Shown here: positions 40,392-49,153 of the stretch, piece after piece
Numbering within the stretch: position 1 is the first letter of the stretch
How the letters are laid out: each line of letters begins with the position of its first letter
Origin: Simkaniaceae bacterium
GTDB lineage: Bacteria; Chlamydiota; Chlamydiia; Chlamydiales; Simkaniaceae
NCBI GenBank assembly: GCA_050248615.1
Contig: JBFWSA010000001.1
Location: 36,841 to 100,840 of the forward strand
Reading direction: 5' to 3'
DNA length: 64,000 bases
Made by a program: the position numbers and the translations under genes
Notes under the pieces: model-generated
What the model saw: the letters and a program-made list of their open reading frames with translations, nothing else
Told to the model about the DNA's origin: nothing
Database searches by the model: none

Positions 40392-42026
40392 CTAAATAGT
40401 TGAAAATTCATTGATTAATACCCCATCAAAATAGCGAATAAGCTCCTTATCACTAGGTCCATCTCCAAAAACTTGCACTCTTCCAGACCAACGAATGTGA
40501 TTTAATAAACGATGAACGGCACGTAATTTAGAAGCTTCCCATGGCAAGATAAAGGTTTCACCTTCATAACGTTCTATCCGATGGCCCATAAGTAATTGAG
40601 AAGTGTCTCTACAAACTACCTGTAAAATTTGACCATCATATTCTATCAATCTATAGTCTGAAATAATTTTGCTAAGAGCTGCAACCTGATCCGACAGCAA
40701 TGGAGTAACCCACAAAGTTTTTCCTTCACCATCCGATACTACCCCCCCACTATAACTTATGATCCAATCTACCTGAAGACCGTAGGCAGCTATTTTTTTT
40801 AAAATGTCTTCAACGCCTCTTGCTGTACAAATCACTCGAAAGGGAAATCTTTTAAAAGAATCAAAGGATCTTTTAGTTCTTTCTTCATCATATTTATGGT
40901 AAAGAGTTCCATCAAAATCACTGATTGCTAGCATTTCCTTACGAAAAATCTTTGCAAGTAAGAGTCGAGATAAAAAGCGTTCATTAAAAAGAAATCCAAT
41001 CTCAAGAGATTTTCGAGATAAACTCTCATAGCAAGAAATCATCGTTTCAATATGCAAAATCACCTCATCATCCTCATCAACAAAATGGATGTAAGGGGCA
41101 CCTTCTAAAAATTCAGCAGCAGCATTTCCAGCTCGCTTCACAATATTCGGAAGCCCAGCAGCTAACGTCTCAAAAATTGCCCTACCAAAAGTCTCACATT
41201 TAGCCATTGATAAATGGAAGTGCTTGTCGTTTAAATAAATATAAAGGTGCTCATGAGAGACATAACCAAGAAAATGAACAGAATCTTGTAAATTCAAAAA
41301 CCTTACTTCTTTGATAAGAGTTTTAAAATATTTTTGATCTTGGATAGGACCAATAAGAGCAAGAGTGCTCCCTAAAAAATGCTGGCGTAATTTTGCAAAA
41401 AGCCGAATTAAACCTATCGTATCTTTTTGGGGTTTAATACTTCCTAGGGAACAAAATCGAATCGGCTCTTGAAGTGAACGTAGATGAGGGTTTAAAGCAG
41501 TTGTTTCTACTCCACGTGGGACAACATAAATGGATTCTTCAGGAACTGAATATTCTTTTAAGAGTTGCTCTTTTTCGAAATAACTCGGTGTAAGAATATT
41601 TCTGGCATTTGCCAAGACATTTTGTTCTCTTTCAAAATATTGATCAGGAACATTTTCACCAGAGAGTCTATAGGAAGGAGTTAAAAACATCGGAAACGTC
41701 CACACTTCTTTATCTGGGCTTAAGGGAAAATTGACTTGCCCAAATTGCATCGAGATATGCGCAAAAATAATATGGGTAAACTCTTTTTCTACTTCTTTGA
41801 CTTTTTCTCCAATAAAATCAGCATTAGTGAGACGTCTGATAAAACGATTCGAGGAATTATTGGGATAGTGAAAATGCCATCGGACACTCTCCTCTCTTTC
41901 ACCTCCAAATTGCATAATGCTTAAGGAAGATTTCAACTCGCGTCTTAGAGTACTCACCAAACGAGCACCTCCATCACGTTGTGCCATATCAGGACTGCAT
42001 TTTTCAGTTACAAGAAGCACTTTCAC
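40392..42026 (-). CDS. GT4 glycosyltransferase fused to a HAD-IIB (Cof/SPP-like) phosphatase; probable GTG start at 42026
   Basis: VVPRGV, LGSIKPQK, ETFGRAIFE (EX7E); HAD motifs SDFDGTL, CTAR, SKL, FGDGPSD. Confidence 0.85.
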   Translation of the reverse strand: MKVLLVTEKCSPDMAQRDGGARLVSTLRRELKSSLSIMQFGGEREESVRWHFHYPNNSSNRFIRRLTNADFIGEKVKEVEKEFTHIIFAHISMQFGQVNFPLSPDKEVWTFPMFLTPSYRLSGENVPDQYFEREQNVLANARNILTPSYFEKEQLLKEYSVPEESIYVVPRGVETTALNPHLRSLQEPIRFCSLGSIKPQKDTIGLIRLFAKLRQHFLGSTLALIGPIQDQKYFKTLIKEVRFLNLQDSVHFLGYVSHEHLYIYLNDKHFHLSMAKCETFGRAIFETLAAGLPNIVKRAGNAAAEFLEGAPYIHFVDEDDEVILHIETMISCYESLSRKSLEIGFLFNERFLSRLLLAKIFRKEMLAISDFDGTLYHKYDEERTKRSFDSFKRFPFRVICTARGVEDILKKIAAYGLQVDWIISYSGGVVSDGEGKTLWVTPLLSDQVAALSKIISDYRLIEYDGQILQVVCRDTSQLLMGHRIERYEGETFILPWEASKLRAVHRLLNHIRWSGRVQVFGDGPSDKELIRYFDGVLINEFSTI

Positions 42027-43095
42027 GTCTAAACAAATCCTTGTATTGAGCAAAAATATGGCTCCAACAGTAAGTAGGATCGAATTTCCCCTTACTAGGC
42101 AGGTTTTGAAGTGTTTGAGCAATCACTTTTACTATTTGCTCTTCTGGAAAAAGATCAACAAGTATTCCCTTATCACCCTTCACAATTTCTGGTAAAGCTC
42201 CACTATTTCCAGCAATCACAAAAGTCCCAGCAGTCAAAGCTTCTAGAATTGAACGCCCCATTCCTTCCGAATGAATATAACGCCCCCCAGGAACTGATGT
42301 AAGAACATCTCCACTTAGTTGCATATAGACATCTGCGTTAGCAATCTCCTGGCAAGTTTTCTGATTATTTAATACCCCAAGAAATGTGACACTTCCCAAA
42401 AGATTAATTTCTTGTGCAAAAGCTTTCACTTCATCCAGCAACGGTCCGTCACCTGCTAATCTCACATTTAATGAAAAACCTAGTTTTACAAGCTCCTTTA
42501 TTATCCGGAGAAAAAGTTTATGATTTTTGTAGGGAACAAAACGAGCTGCGGAAAAGATGCGTAGCGGAGAACTCACCTTTTTTTTTCCTGATTTTAAAGC
42601 CTCGCTATTGACTCCTCCAACAGATCGAAAAAAAGAACAAGTAATGCCTAAATCACGTAGGCGACTTTCTGTATATACTGAATTTGTAATGAGTACATCT
42701 ATCGATTGATTAAGTACTTTAACCCAATAACGCTGTCTTAAAAAATGATCCAAAATATGGTTCTTGACTAAGGGAGCTTTTAAGATTTCATTTCCCCCTG
42801 TCCTATAAAGGAATAATGCATTAGGAAATTGATTTCTGATTTCCTCTAGTTCTTCAATCCAGCGCCCGCTATTAAAAAAAACAATCTCAGGATTAAAATG
42901 ATGATAGTTGATTGCCTCTCCCGTTTCTTTAAATACAAGGGTATCTCTTCCATCTTTATCTTTAGAAACCACATCTAATAATGGAAACTGTAAGTGATCT
43001 TTAAAATAATCGATAAAATACCCTCCATGCATCTCCATTCCTCCTGAAAGGGGAGGCAAACGATCTGCAAAAAATAAAATCCCTCTTTTCTTCAT
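42004..43095 (-). CDS. GT4-family glycosyltransferase
   Basis: PPLSGGME, AARFVPYKN, AGDGP, EGMGRSILE (EX7E), GALPEIV. Confidence 0.9.
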   Translation of the reverse strand: MKKRGILFFADRLPPLSGGMEMHGGYFIDYFKDHLQFPLLDVVSKDKDGRDTLVFKETGEAINYHHFNPEIVFFNSGRWIEELEEIRNQFPNALFLYRTGGNEILKAPLVKNHILDHFLRQRYWVKVLNQSIDVLITNSVYTESRLRDLGITCSFFRSVGGVNSEALKSGKKKVSSPLRIFSAARFVPYKNHKLFLRIIKELVKLGFSLNVRLAGDGPLLDEVKAFAQEINLLGSVTFLGVLNNQKTCQEIANADVYMQLSGDVLTSVPGGRYIHSEGMGRSILEALTAGTFVIAGNSGALPEIVKGDKGILVDLFPEEQIVKVIAQTLQNLPSKGKFDPTYCWSHIFAQYKDLFRRESASCN

Positions 43096-43143
43096 CGCTA
43101 CTACTCTAAAAAACCAAAAGTAAGAATGCTACAAAAGAAATTA

Positions 43144-44973
43144 TTATTTTGTCATGCACTTAGATTGCACTGAAGGTAAGAACCCTCCTATCTGCGCATC
43201 CCAAAGAGACTTATAATGTCCATTCTTATTAAGGAGGTCTTCATGAGAACCATCTTCAATAATCTTTCCATTATCAAAAACTAAAATCCGATCCATATTC
43301 AAAAGAGTTGAAAGGCGGTGTGCAATGATGAGTGTTGTTTTTTCTTTCATCACCTCAAACAAAGTCTCTTTAATGGCTTTTTCTGTGACCGCATCTAATT
43401 GAGATGTTGCTTCATCAAGTATCAGCAGGGGAGCATTTTTTAGTAAAACTCTTGCAATAGCTACTCGCTGCCTTTCTCCTCCTGACAACTTCACACCCTG
43501 TTCCCCAATAAGCGAATGATACCCTCTTGGGAGTTGGAGAGCAAACTCATGTACATGTGCTTTTTTAGCTGCTTCAATCACTTCCTCATCTGAAGCACTC
43601 ACTCTCCCAAAGCGAATATTATCCATGAGTGTTCTGTGAAATAGGGAAGGATTTTGTGGAATCAGACCGATACAAGAGCGAAGCGTATTTTGATCAACAG
43701 ATTGAATATTTTGCCCGTCAACTAAAATCTGTCCATGAGTGACATCATAAAGACGCAAAAGCAAATTGATAAATGTCGACTTCCCACTACCCGAGTACCC
43801 CACTACCCCCACTTTCTGACCAGAGTGGATCGTCAGAGACTTATTAATAAAAAAAGGCCTATCAGGAGTATAGTGAAAACCTACCCGATCAAAAACAATT
43901 TTCCCAGCTTTTACTTTAAGTGGAGGAGCGTTTTTTTTATCAACAACTTCTACAGGTGAAAAAATAACCTTTAAAGAATGACGGCACTTTCCCCAAGCTT
44001 CATTTAGTTGATCGATCAGCTCAGTACCACTCCAAACATTCTCTGTGACATACAAGGTTGAACCTAAAATAAAAGCAAAGTCTCCAACCGTTATTAAATC
44101 AGAGATTTTAAAACGAATTAAAAAATAAATAATAAATCCAACAAGACAGGTAATAGAAAACCCCTGAAAAAAATAGAACTTAATTAAGAATCTCTCTTTT
44201 TTTTGAAACATTTCCGTCATCTGATTTAATGATTTTTTAATAAACGTTCCTTCAAAAACTCTCCTTACAAACAGCTTTACACTAGAAAAATTTGTAATAC
44301 TATCCACCACTCTTCCCGCAACATGTGATTGAGCTGTGGCCAGATCATTAGCTAAGTTTGAAATTTTTTTAGAAAATCTTAAACTCGTTAAAACAAAACA
44401 CAACGTCCAAATGAGTAGAGCCATAGAAAAAATAGGATGAATACAATACATCGTAATTAAGGCCGCTATTAACTGAGCTGCAGACCTTATCAACCGAATC
44501 GATAGATTACTTCCAATCCGCTCAAAATTTTCAGCCATAATCATGATATTATTCGCGATCGCTCCTCCAAGCGTCTCTTGAAAAAAGCGTTCTGATTGAT
44601 TATGAACCCGATCAAACAAACTTTGAATAAGATGATTCTTGATCACTGGAACTATTCTAAGATTAATGTAATTAATGACTCTCCAACAGATGTTATGCAT
44701 CTCAAAATTCATCACGACAAATATAGAAAATGCTAAAACAATTTTATTATTAATTGGCGAATCATTTAAAACATCTATTAAAATCTTAGTAAAAAAAGCA
44801 TTCAATAATCCATATATGCCTACAATTGATGCACATAGAGTTAAGGCTATAACTGATAACTTATAAGGTTTATAGAAACTCCAAAAAACCTTCCCTATAG
44901 AAGAAGGAGGTTCTTCAGCTAAAAAGTGAAATGATTTGACGGCTTCGCTCTTTCCAATCATGCTTCTCTGCAA
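43144..44973 (-). CDS. ABC exporter, fused TMD and ATPase (type IV, MsbA/Atm1-like); start uncertain (ATG 44961 likely)
   Basis: 6 TM helices; GYSGSGKST, LSGGERQR, LILDEATS, IAHRLST. Confidence 0.93.
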   Translation of the reverse strand: MQRSMIGKSEAVKSFHFLAEEPPSSIGKVFWSFYKPYKLSVIALTLCASIVGIYGLLNAFFTKILIDVLNDSPINNKIVLAFSIFVVMNFEMHNICWRVINYINLRIVPVIKNHLIQSLFDRVHNQSERFFQETLGGAIANNIMIMAENFERIGSNLSIRLIRSAAQLIAALITMYCIHPIFSMALLIWTLCFVLTSLRFSKKISNLANDLATAQSHVAGRVVDSITNFSSVKLFVRRVFEGTFIKKSLNQMTEMFQKKERFLIKFYFFQGFSITCLVGFIIYFLIRFKISDLITVGDFAFILGSTLYVTENVWSGTELIDQLNEAWGKCRHSLKVIFSPVEVVDKKNAPPLKVKAGKIVFDRVGFHYTPDRPFFINKSLTIHSGQKVGVVGYSGSGKSTFINLLLRLYDVTHGQILVDGQNIQSVDQNTLRSCIGLIPQNPSLFHRTLMDNIRFGRVSASDEEVIEAAKKAHVHEFALQLPRGYHSLIGEQGVKLSGGERQRVAIARVLLKNAPLLILDEATSQLDAVTEKAIKETLFEVMKEKTTLIIAHRLSTLLNMDRILVFDNGKIIEDGSHEDLLNKNGHYKSLWDAQIGGFLPSVQSKCMTK

Positions 44974-46036
44974 AAGACTTATAATCTCCAGTCGACTTTA
45001 AATCTTTTAATATATGGATAAATTCTTTTTTAGATGAGGCAAGATGTGCAGGGGATTTAAGATGTTCTAATTCATCCCATTTAGTGCTAACTACTGGAAT
45101 CCCACTTGCCATATATTCATAAAGCTTAAGAGGGTTGACCCGGTGAATCAATTCAGGATGCCCTTTTACATCAAATGGAATTAGACCTACAGTTGCATGT
45201 TGCAAATAGGCGGGGATTTCCTTCCAAGACCGCACACCTAACAAATGTAAATTAGGCAAGTGTTGAAGTTTTTTCGTTTCATTTGGCCCAATAAGCACAA
45301 AATTCATATTAGGCAGCGCACGCGCTGCTGACATAAGGAGATCTGTATCAAACCATTCTCGAATAGCTCCTACATAAACTGCAATGGGACCTTTTAAGTT
45401 TTGATATTCTAGGGGGACTTCCCGAGAGTGAGCAAAATGTGAAAAATCTACACCGTTTGGTACAAACTCCATACGTTTGGGTTGGGCACTTTTTACATAC
45501 GTTTCAAGCCCTTTTGCTGTGTAAATAACACAATCAACCTCTCTCATAAGTTTTTCTTCTAAATGCTTTTTTGCAACAGCTGTTTGTTGAAAAGCCTTAT
45601 TATAATCAGCCAAACGGTAAATAGAATATTTTGGAGAAAGAGTTTTCATTAAAAATGCATGGGTTGGGCTATCAAAATAAAGTAAATCAGGTTTATCAAA
45701 GCCTTGATGTTTTAGTTTAGAAGTTAAAGATGGAAATGAAAAAATCTGCCAGTTTTTATGTAGCCACTCAGAACGCAAAAGAGGGTGATTATAAGGCGAA
45801 AGTAAACTTCCAGAAAGATATGTCCAAATATTTTCCTCTCTTATCCCTCCTTTACAATAAATTTCAAAACGGCTTTTTAACCCAGGTGTTTGTTTAAGAA
45901 GATGAGCTGGAGAGATGGGATCTGAAATAAACGCAACTTTCCACCCTTGACATGCAAAAGCTCTTGCAAAATGATGACTTCCCACCTGAAAAGGGCTTGT
46001 CCAATAGTTGGCACAAGCCATAACAATTTTTTTCAT
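44915..46036 (-). CDS. Glycosyltransferase (GT-B, GumK/TuaH-like)
   Basis: VPNGVD, YVGAIREWFD, GLIPF, NPLKLYEYMASG. Confidence 0.88.
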   Translation of the reverse strand: MKKIVMACANYWTSPFQVGSHHFARAFACQGWKVAFISDPISPAHLLKQTPGLKSRFEIYCKGGIREENIWTYLSGSLLSPYNHPLLRSEWLHKNWQIFSFPSLTSKLKHQGFDKPDLLYFDSPTHAFLMKTLSPKYSIYRLADYNKAFQQTAVAKKHLEEKLMREVDCVIYTAKGLETYVKSAQPKRMEFVPNGVDFSHFAHSREVPLEYQNLKGPIAVYVGAIREWFDTDLLMSAARALPNMNFVLIGPNETKKLQHLPNLHLLGVRSWKEIPAYLQHATVGLIPFDVKGHPELIHRVNPLKLYEYMASGIPVVSTKWDELEHLKSPAHLASSKKEFIHILKDLKSTGDYKSFAEKHDWKERSRQIISLFS

Positions 46037-46118
46037 GAACTACTCTTTTTGATCTATCACACTTAAATTACCATAATGAATACTTTCATTCCGACATAAA
46101 AACCCCTCCTATATTAAA

Positions 46119-46195
46119 GTTATACCGAAATGGTTTCAAAAATTGGATTTTCGGCTACGCTAAAAAATCAATTTTTGAAACCATTTCGGTATAAC
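46119..46195. mobile_element. Short palindromic element E (internally deleted relative of family B)
   Basis: Perfect 27 bp IR GTTATACCGAAATGGTTTCAAAAATTG / CAATTTTTGAAACCATTTCGGTATAAC; aligns without gaps to the family B end. Confidence 0.8.
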
Positions 46196-46208
46196 AATAG
46201 CCCCTCTC

Positions 46209-47144
46209 TTACATGATGCTGATCACAAGTCCTTCCCAGTCGTGCTGCTGAATAAAAGAGTCGATCTTAGTTAAAGGAACCCCAGTCGCGTGGGCAAATC
46301 CAGGAGTATAGAGAAGTAAGTTGTTTTTTGAAGCTTCATGGGCCATGCGCTCTCCAAATCCTCCCACAAAGCTCTTCCACTTAAAGTGATTTCCTTTGAT
46401 TTTAGGAAGGCGTTTTTTAAGGTCCTGACGAGAGTTAATGTATCCCACAAAACGTAAAGGATGGACAGGGGCGATTTTATCTCCCAGTTTTTCCATCTCT
46501 TTTTTCTTAAGGAGCAATTCGAATACATTGAGATCGGCAAGTTTCTTAATGAGCTTCTCAATGTTCTTTTGATCTTCTGCATTGAGACGGAGATTATAAT
46601 ATAGCTGAGGATTTGGAGCGTTGCCCTCATTCACAGGAACCGGAGCCCGCATGACGCGCACTTCTGGAAGGGTCTCTCGACATAACGTTTGTATAAGCTG
46701 CGTCAGAGCTTCCGTCCCTAAAGAAAGATGCTCCCAGGCAATTTCTTCGGCTAGTCTCTGTTCATAAAGAGCCCCTGCATTTTCTAGTACATCTAAAAAA
46801 GCTTTCTTTGTCTGTGTAAATTCTTCTAAAGAGAGTCCCTCCTGGAGTTTCTGGGTAAATCTTGTATAGAAACTGGATAGCCCATCAAGATTTCCATCAA
46901 AAATGAACTTTCCCCCTCTATCTGGAGTAAAAACATAGGCAGTCTTTTCACCTTCAGTAACTTGAGAATGGATCGAGTAAAAAAGAAACTCTTGAAGCAG
47001 GGCCTCTTCCGGATCTTCAGAGGAGGATGAGGCAAGAGGATACTCTACTTTAACATCAGGAGAAGGCCATAGGGCATGAAGAGGTCCTCCTAAGAGGATC
47101 ATGAGAACCATAAGAAATTGCATCGCCAACCTTTTCATAACCAA
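46209..47144 (-). CDS. Exported hypothetical protein with a chlamydia-type C-terminal domain
   Basis: Signal peptide; C-terminal VHPLRF...FKWKSF motif recalled from chlamydial hypothetical proteins; RBS AAGGAG. Confidence 0.65.
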   Translation of the reverse strand: MVMKRLAMQFLMVLMILLGGPLHALWPSPDVKVEYPLASSSSEDPEEALLQEFLFYSIHSQVTEGEKTAYVFTPDRGGKFIFDGNLDGLSSFYTRFTQKLQEGLSLEEFTQTKKAFLDVLENAGALYEQRLAEEIAWEHLSLGTEALTQLIQTLCRETLPEVRVMRAPVPVNEGNAPNPQLYYNLRLNAEDQKNIEKLIKKLADLNVFELLLKKKEMEKLGDKIAPVHPLRFVGYINSRQDLKKRLPKIKGNHFKWKSFVGGFGERMAHEASKNNLLLYTPGFAHATGVPLTKIDSFIQQHDWEGLVISIM

Positions 47145-47322
47145 CTCCTTTATGAAGAATTAAATCAGAAAAATGTAATAAAAAAATTCAATATTATTCA
47201 ACCTCTTTTTCTCTCCAGTTTCACTAAATCAAAAAAATATTTGAAAAATATTGAAAAATCTTAGATGTATAAGTTTGAAAGATTAGTATTTTATTTAACC
47301 AGGTCTTATTGAGGAGAAAACA

Positions 47323-47598
47323 ATGAAAAATGTTCCTAAGTCTCAATTACATAGACTTTGCCCCAAGTGCTTAGCTTTGTCGATTGGAATCGTTTGGGGG
47401 ATTGCTGTCCTACTTACAGGATGGATCGCAATGACCGGATGGGGATATCAATTTGTTGACACGATGTCTTCTGTTTACACCGGATACTCAGCTTCTTTCG
47501 TAGGTGGTATCGTGGGTGGCATCTGGGCATTCTTCGTCGGAGCTATTCTTGGCGGAGCCATTGCTATGGTGCACAACAAGCTGATGAACCGATCGTAG
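47323..47598 (+). CDS. Small Gly-rich membrane protein (family often labelled bacteriophage holin-like)
   Basis: 91 aa with 2-3 TM helices; SVYTGY...GGIVGGIWAF; RBS GAGGAG; downstream hairpin. Confidence 0.6.
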   Translation: MKNVPKSQLHRLCPKCLALSIGIVWGIAVLLTGWIAMTGWGYQFVDTMSSVYTGYSASFVGGIVGGIWAFFVGAILGGAIAMVHNKLMNRS

Positions 47599-47604
47599 GG
47601 TTTC

Positions 47605-47636
47605 AGGGGGATCAGTACACGTGTGCTGATTTCCCT
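47605..47636 (+). terminator. Rho-independent terminator-like hairpin
   Basis: GGGGGATCAGTACACGTGTGCTGATTTCCC followed by TTCTT. Confidence 0.55.
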
Positions 47637-47670
47637 TCTTGAGAATTCCGATTAGAGTTATTCTCAGCTC

Positions 47671-48594
47671 ATGCTGTATCCCTTATTATTCAAGCCCGTT
47701 TATAAAGATTATATCTGGGGGGGAAATCGTATCCCCAAAATCTTTCACCGGACAGGTCCCCCCGGAAAATGCGCCGAATCTTGGGAAGTTTCAGACCATC
47801 CTGATGGAATGAGCGTCATAGAAAATGGGCCCTTAAAAGGACTCACCCTTCACGAACTATTTCTTGAGAATAAAGAAGCCTTAATGGGAAAAGATTCCCA
47901 TTTTGAGCGCTTCCCTCTTCTCATTAAAATCATCGATGCAGCGGAAAGCTTAAGTGTGCAGGTCCACCCAAACGATAAAACCGCAGCCAAGTTTGGAGGA
48001 GAAGCTAAAACAGAATCTTGGGTGGTGCTAGATGCTACTGAAAAGGCAAGCGTTTATGCAGGGCTAAAAGAAAACATCTCAAAAGAAGAAATTCTTCAAA
48101 AACTTCCAACAAAAGAGATTCTCTCTTTGATGCGCACCATTCCCATCAAAAAAGGGGATGTCATTTTTATTCCTGGGGGGCGTTTGCATGCTATTGGGGC
48201 AGGAAGTTTGGTCTTTGAAGTCCAACAAAACTCCAATACAACCTATCGAGTTTATGATTATGATCGGGGGCGGCCTCTCCACTTAGAACAAGCCAAAAAA
48301 GTGATGCGCTATGAAGACATAGAAGATCCTCTCATCACTCCCCTTCCAATAGAAAAAACAAAGGGCTACATACGCACAGAGCTGATTCGTACTCCCTATT
48401 TTGTCATGGAAAAGTGGATCATTCATCACACCATTCCTTGGGAAAAACTGGAAGATAAGATGGAAATCCTCTTTATTCTTGAGGGAGAAATCTCCCTCAT
48501 TCCAACGGGGCGTTCCCTCCTTCTTCCAGCGCACTGTGCCCCTTTAGAAATCCCTACAAGGGGTGTGACCCTATTTAGAGTCTATCTCCCTTAA
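47671..48594 (+). CDS. manA: Mannose-6-phosphate isomerase, class I
   Basis: IWGG, AESWE, FPLLIK, LSVQVHP, KTESW, HAIGAG, EVQQNSNTTYRVYDY. Confidence 0.92.
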   Translation: MLYPLLFKPVYKDYIWGGNRIPKIFHRTGPPGKCAESWEVSDHPDGMSVIENGPLKGLTLHELFLENKEALMGKDSHFERFPLLIKIIDAAESLSVQVHPNDKTAAKFGGEAKTESWVVLDATEKASVYAGLKENISKEEILQKLPTKEILSLMRTIPIKKGDVIFIPGGRLHAIGAGSLVFEVQQNSNTTYRVYDYDRGRPLHLEQAKKVMRYEDIEDPLITPLPIEKTKGYIRTELIRTPYFVMEKWIIHHTIPWEKLEDKMEILFILEGEISLIPTGRSLLLPAHCAPLEIPTRGVTLFRVYLP

Positions 48595-48869
48595 AGGTTG
48601 CTTGTTGCTGTAAATTCTAAATGAGGATTATTCTCCATAAAAACACTAAGCACAAGGGCTGCCGCTTCGCACCCATATCTTTCTGCATACTCAAGAGGTG
48701 TCCGGGGAATGCTTTCAATCGTTCTAATAAACGGGTTCTCCCCTTGATTCAGTAGCTGCATCACTTTTTTAACATTATTTTCTAGTGCTGCAGTAACAAG
48801 CTTTGTTGTATACAGCTTGCTGTTTTCAAATCCTATGTGGATATGTTGAGGATGAATTGTTTGTGCCAT
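48591..48869 (-). CDS. Small ankyrin-repeat-like protein
   Basis: AALENN...VMQLLNQGENP and TPLEYAERYG resemble ankyrin repeats; RBS GGGAG. Confidence 0.55.
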   Translation of the reverse strand: MAQTIHPQHIHIGFENSKLYTTKLVTAALENNVKKVMQLLNQGENPFIRTIESIPRTPLEYAERYGCEAAALVLSVFMENNPHLEFTATSNL

Positions 48870-49153
48870 ATTTCTTCTCCCAAATCTAAATGATTAATTA
48901 AAAGGCGAAAAAATCCTAACAAATTAAAGTGAAAATGAGAATACGATCAATTATTTTATAATAAAATATACAAACCATTAAATATTTTATTAAGATAATT
49001 CTTGGTACAGGACATTTTTTGAAAATAAGAAGCAAGCGAGGCAAAATCAGAGTTCCTTGAACGACGGGTCCCATAGCCAAAGTGCTATGGGTGAGGAGAA
49101 AAGGAAAACTGATGAAGCCGCAGCTGCTTATCATTTCAAAAAAATGTCCTGTA

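Noticed and set aside
42027..42122. N-terminal extension of the GT4-HAD ORF
   Set aside because: It would overlap the upstream GT4 by 119 bp; GTG 42026 gives a typical MKVLLVT start.
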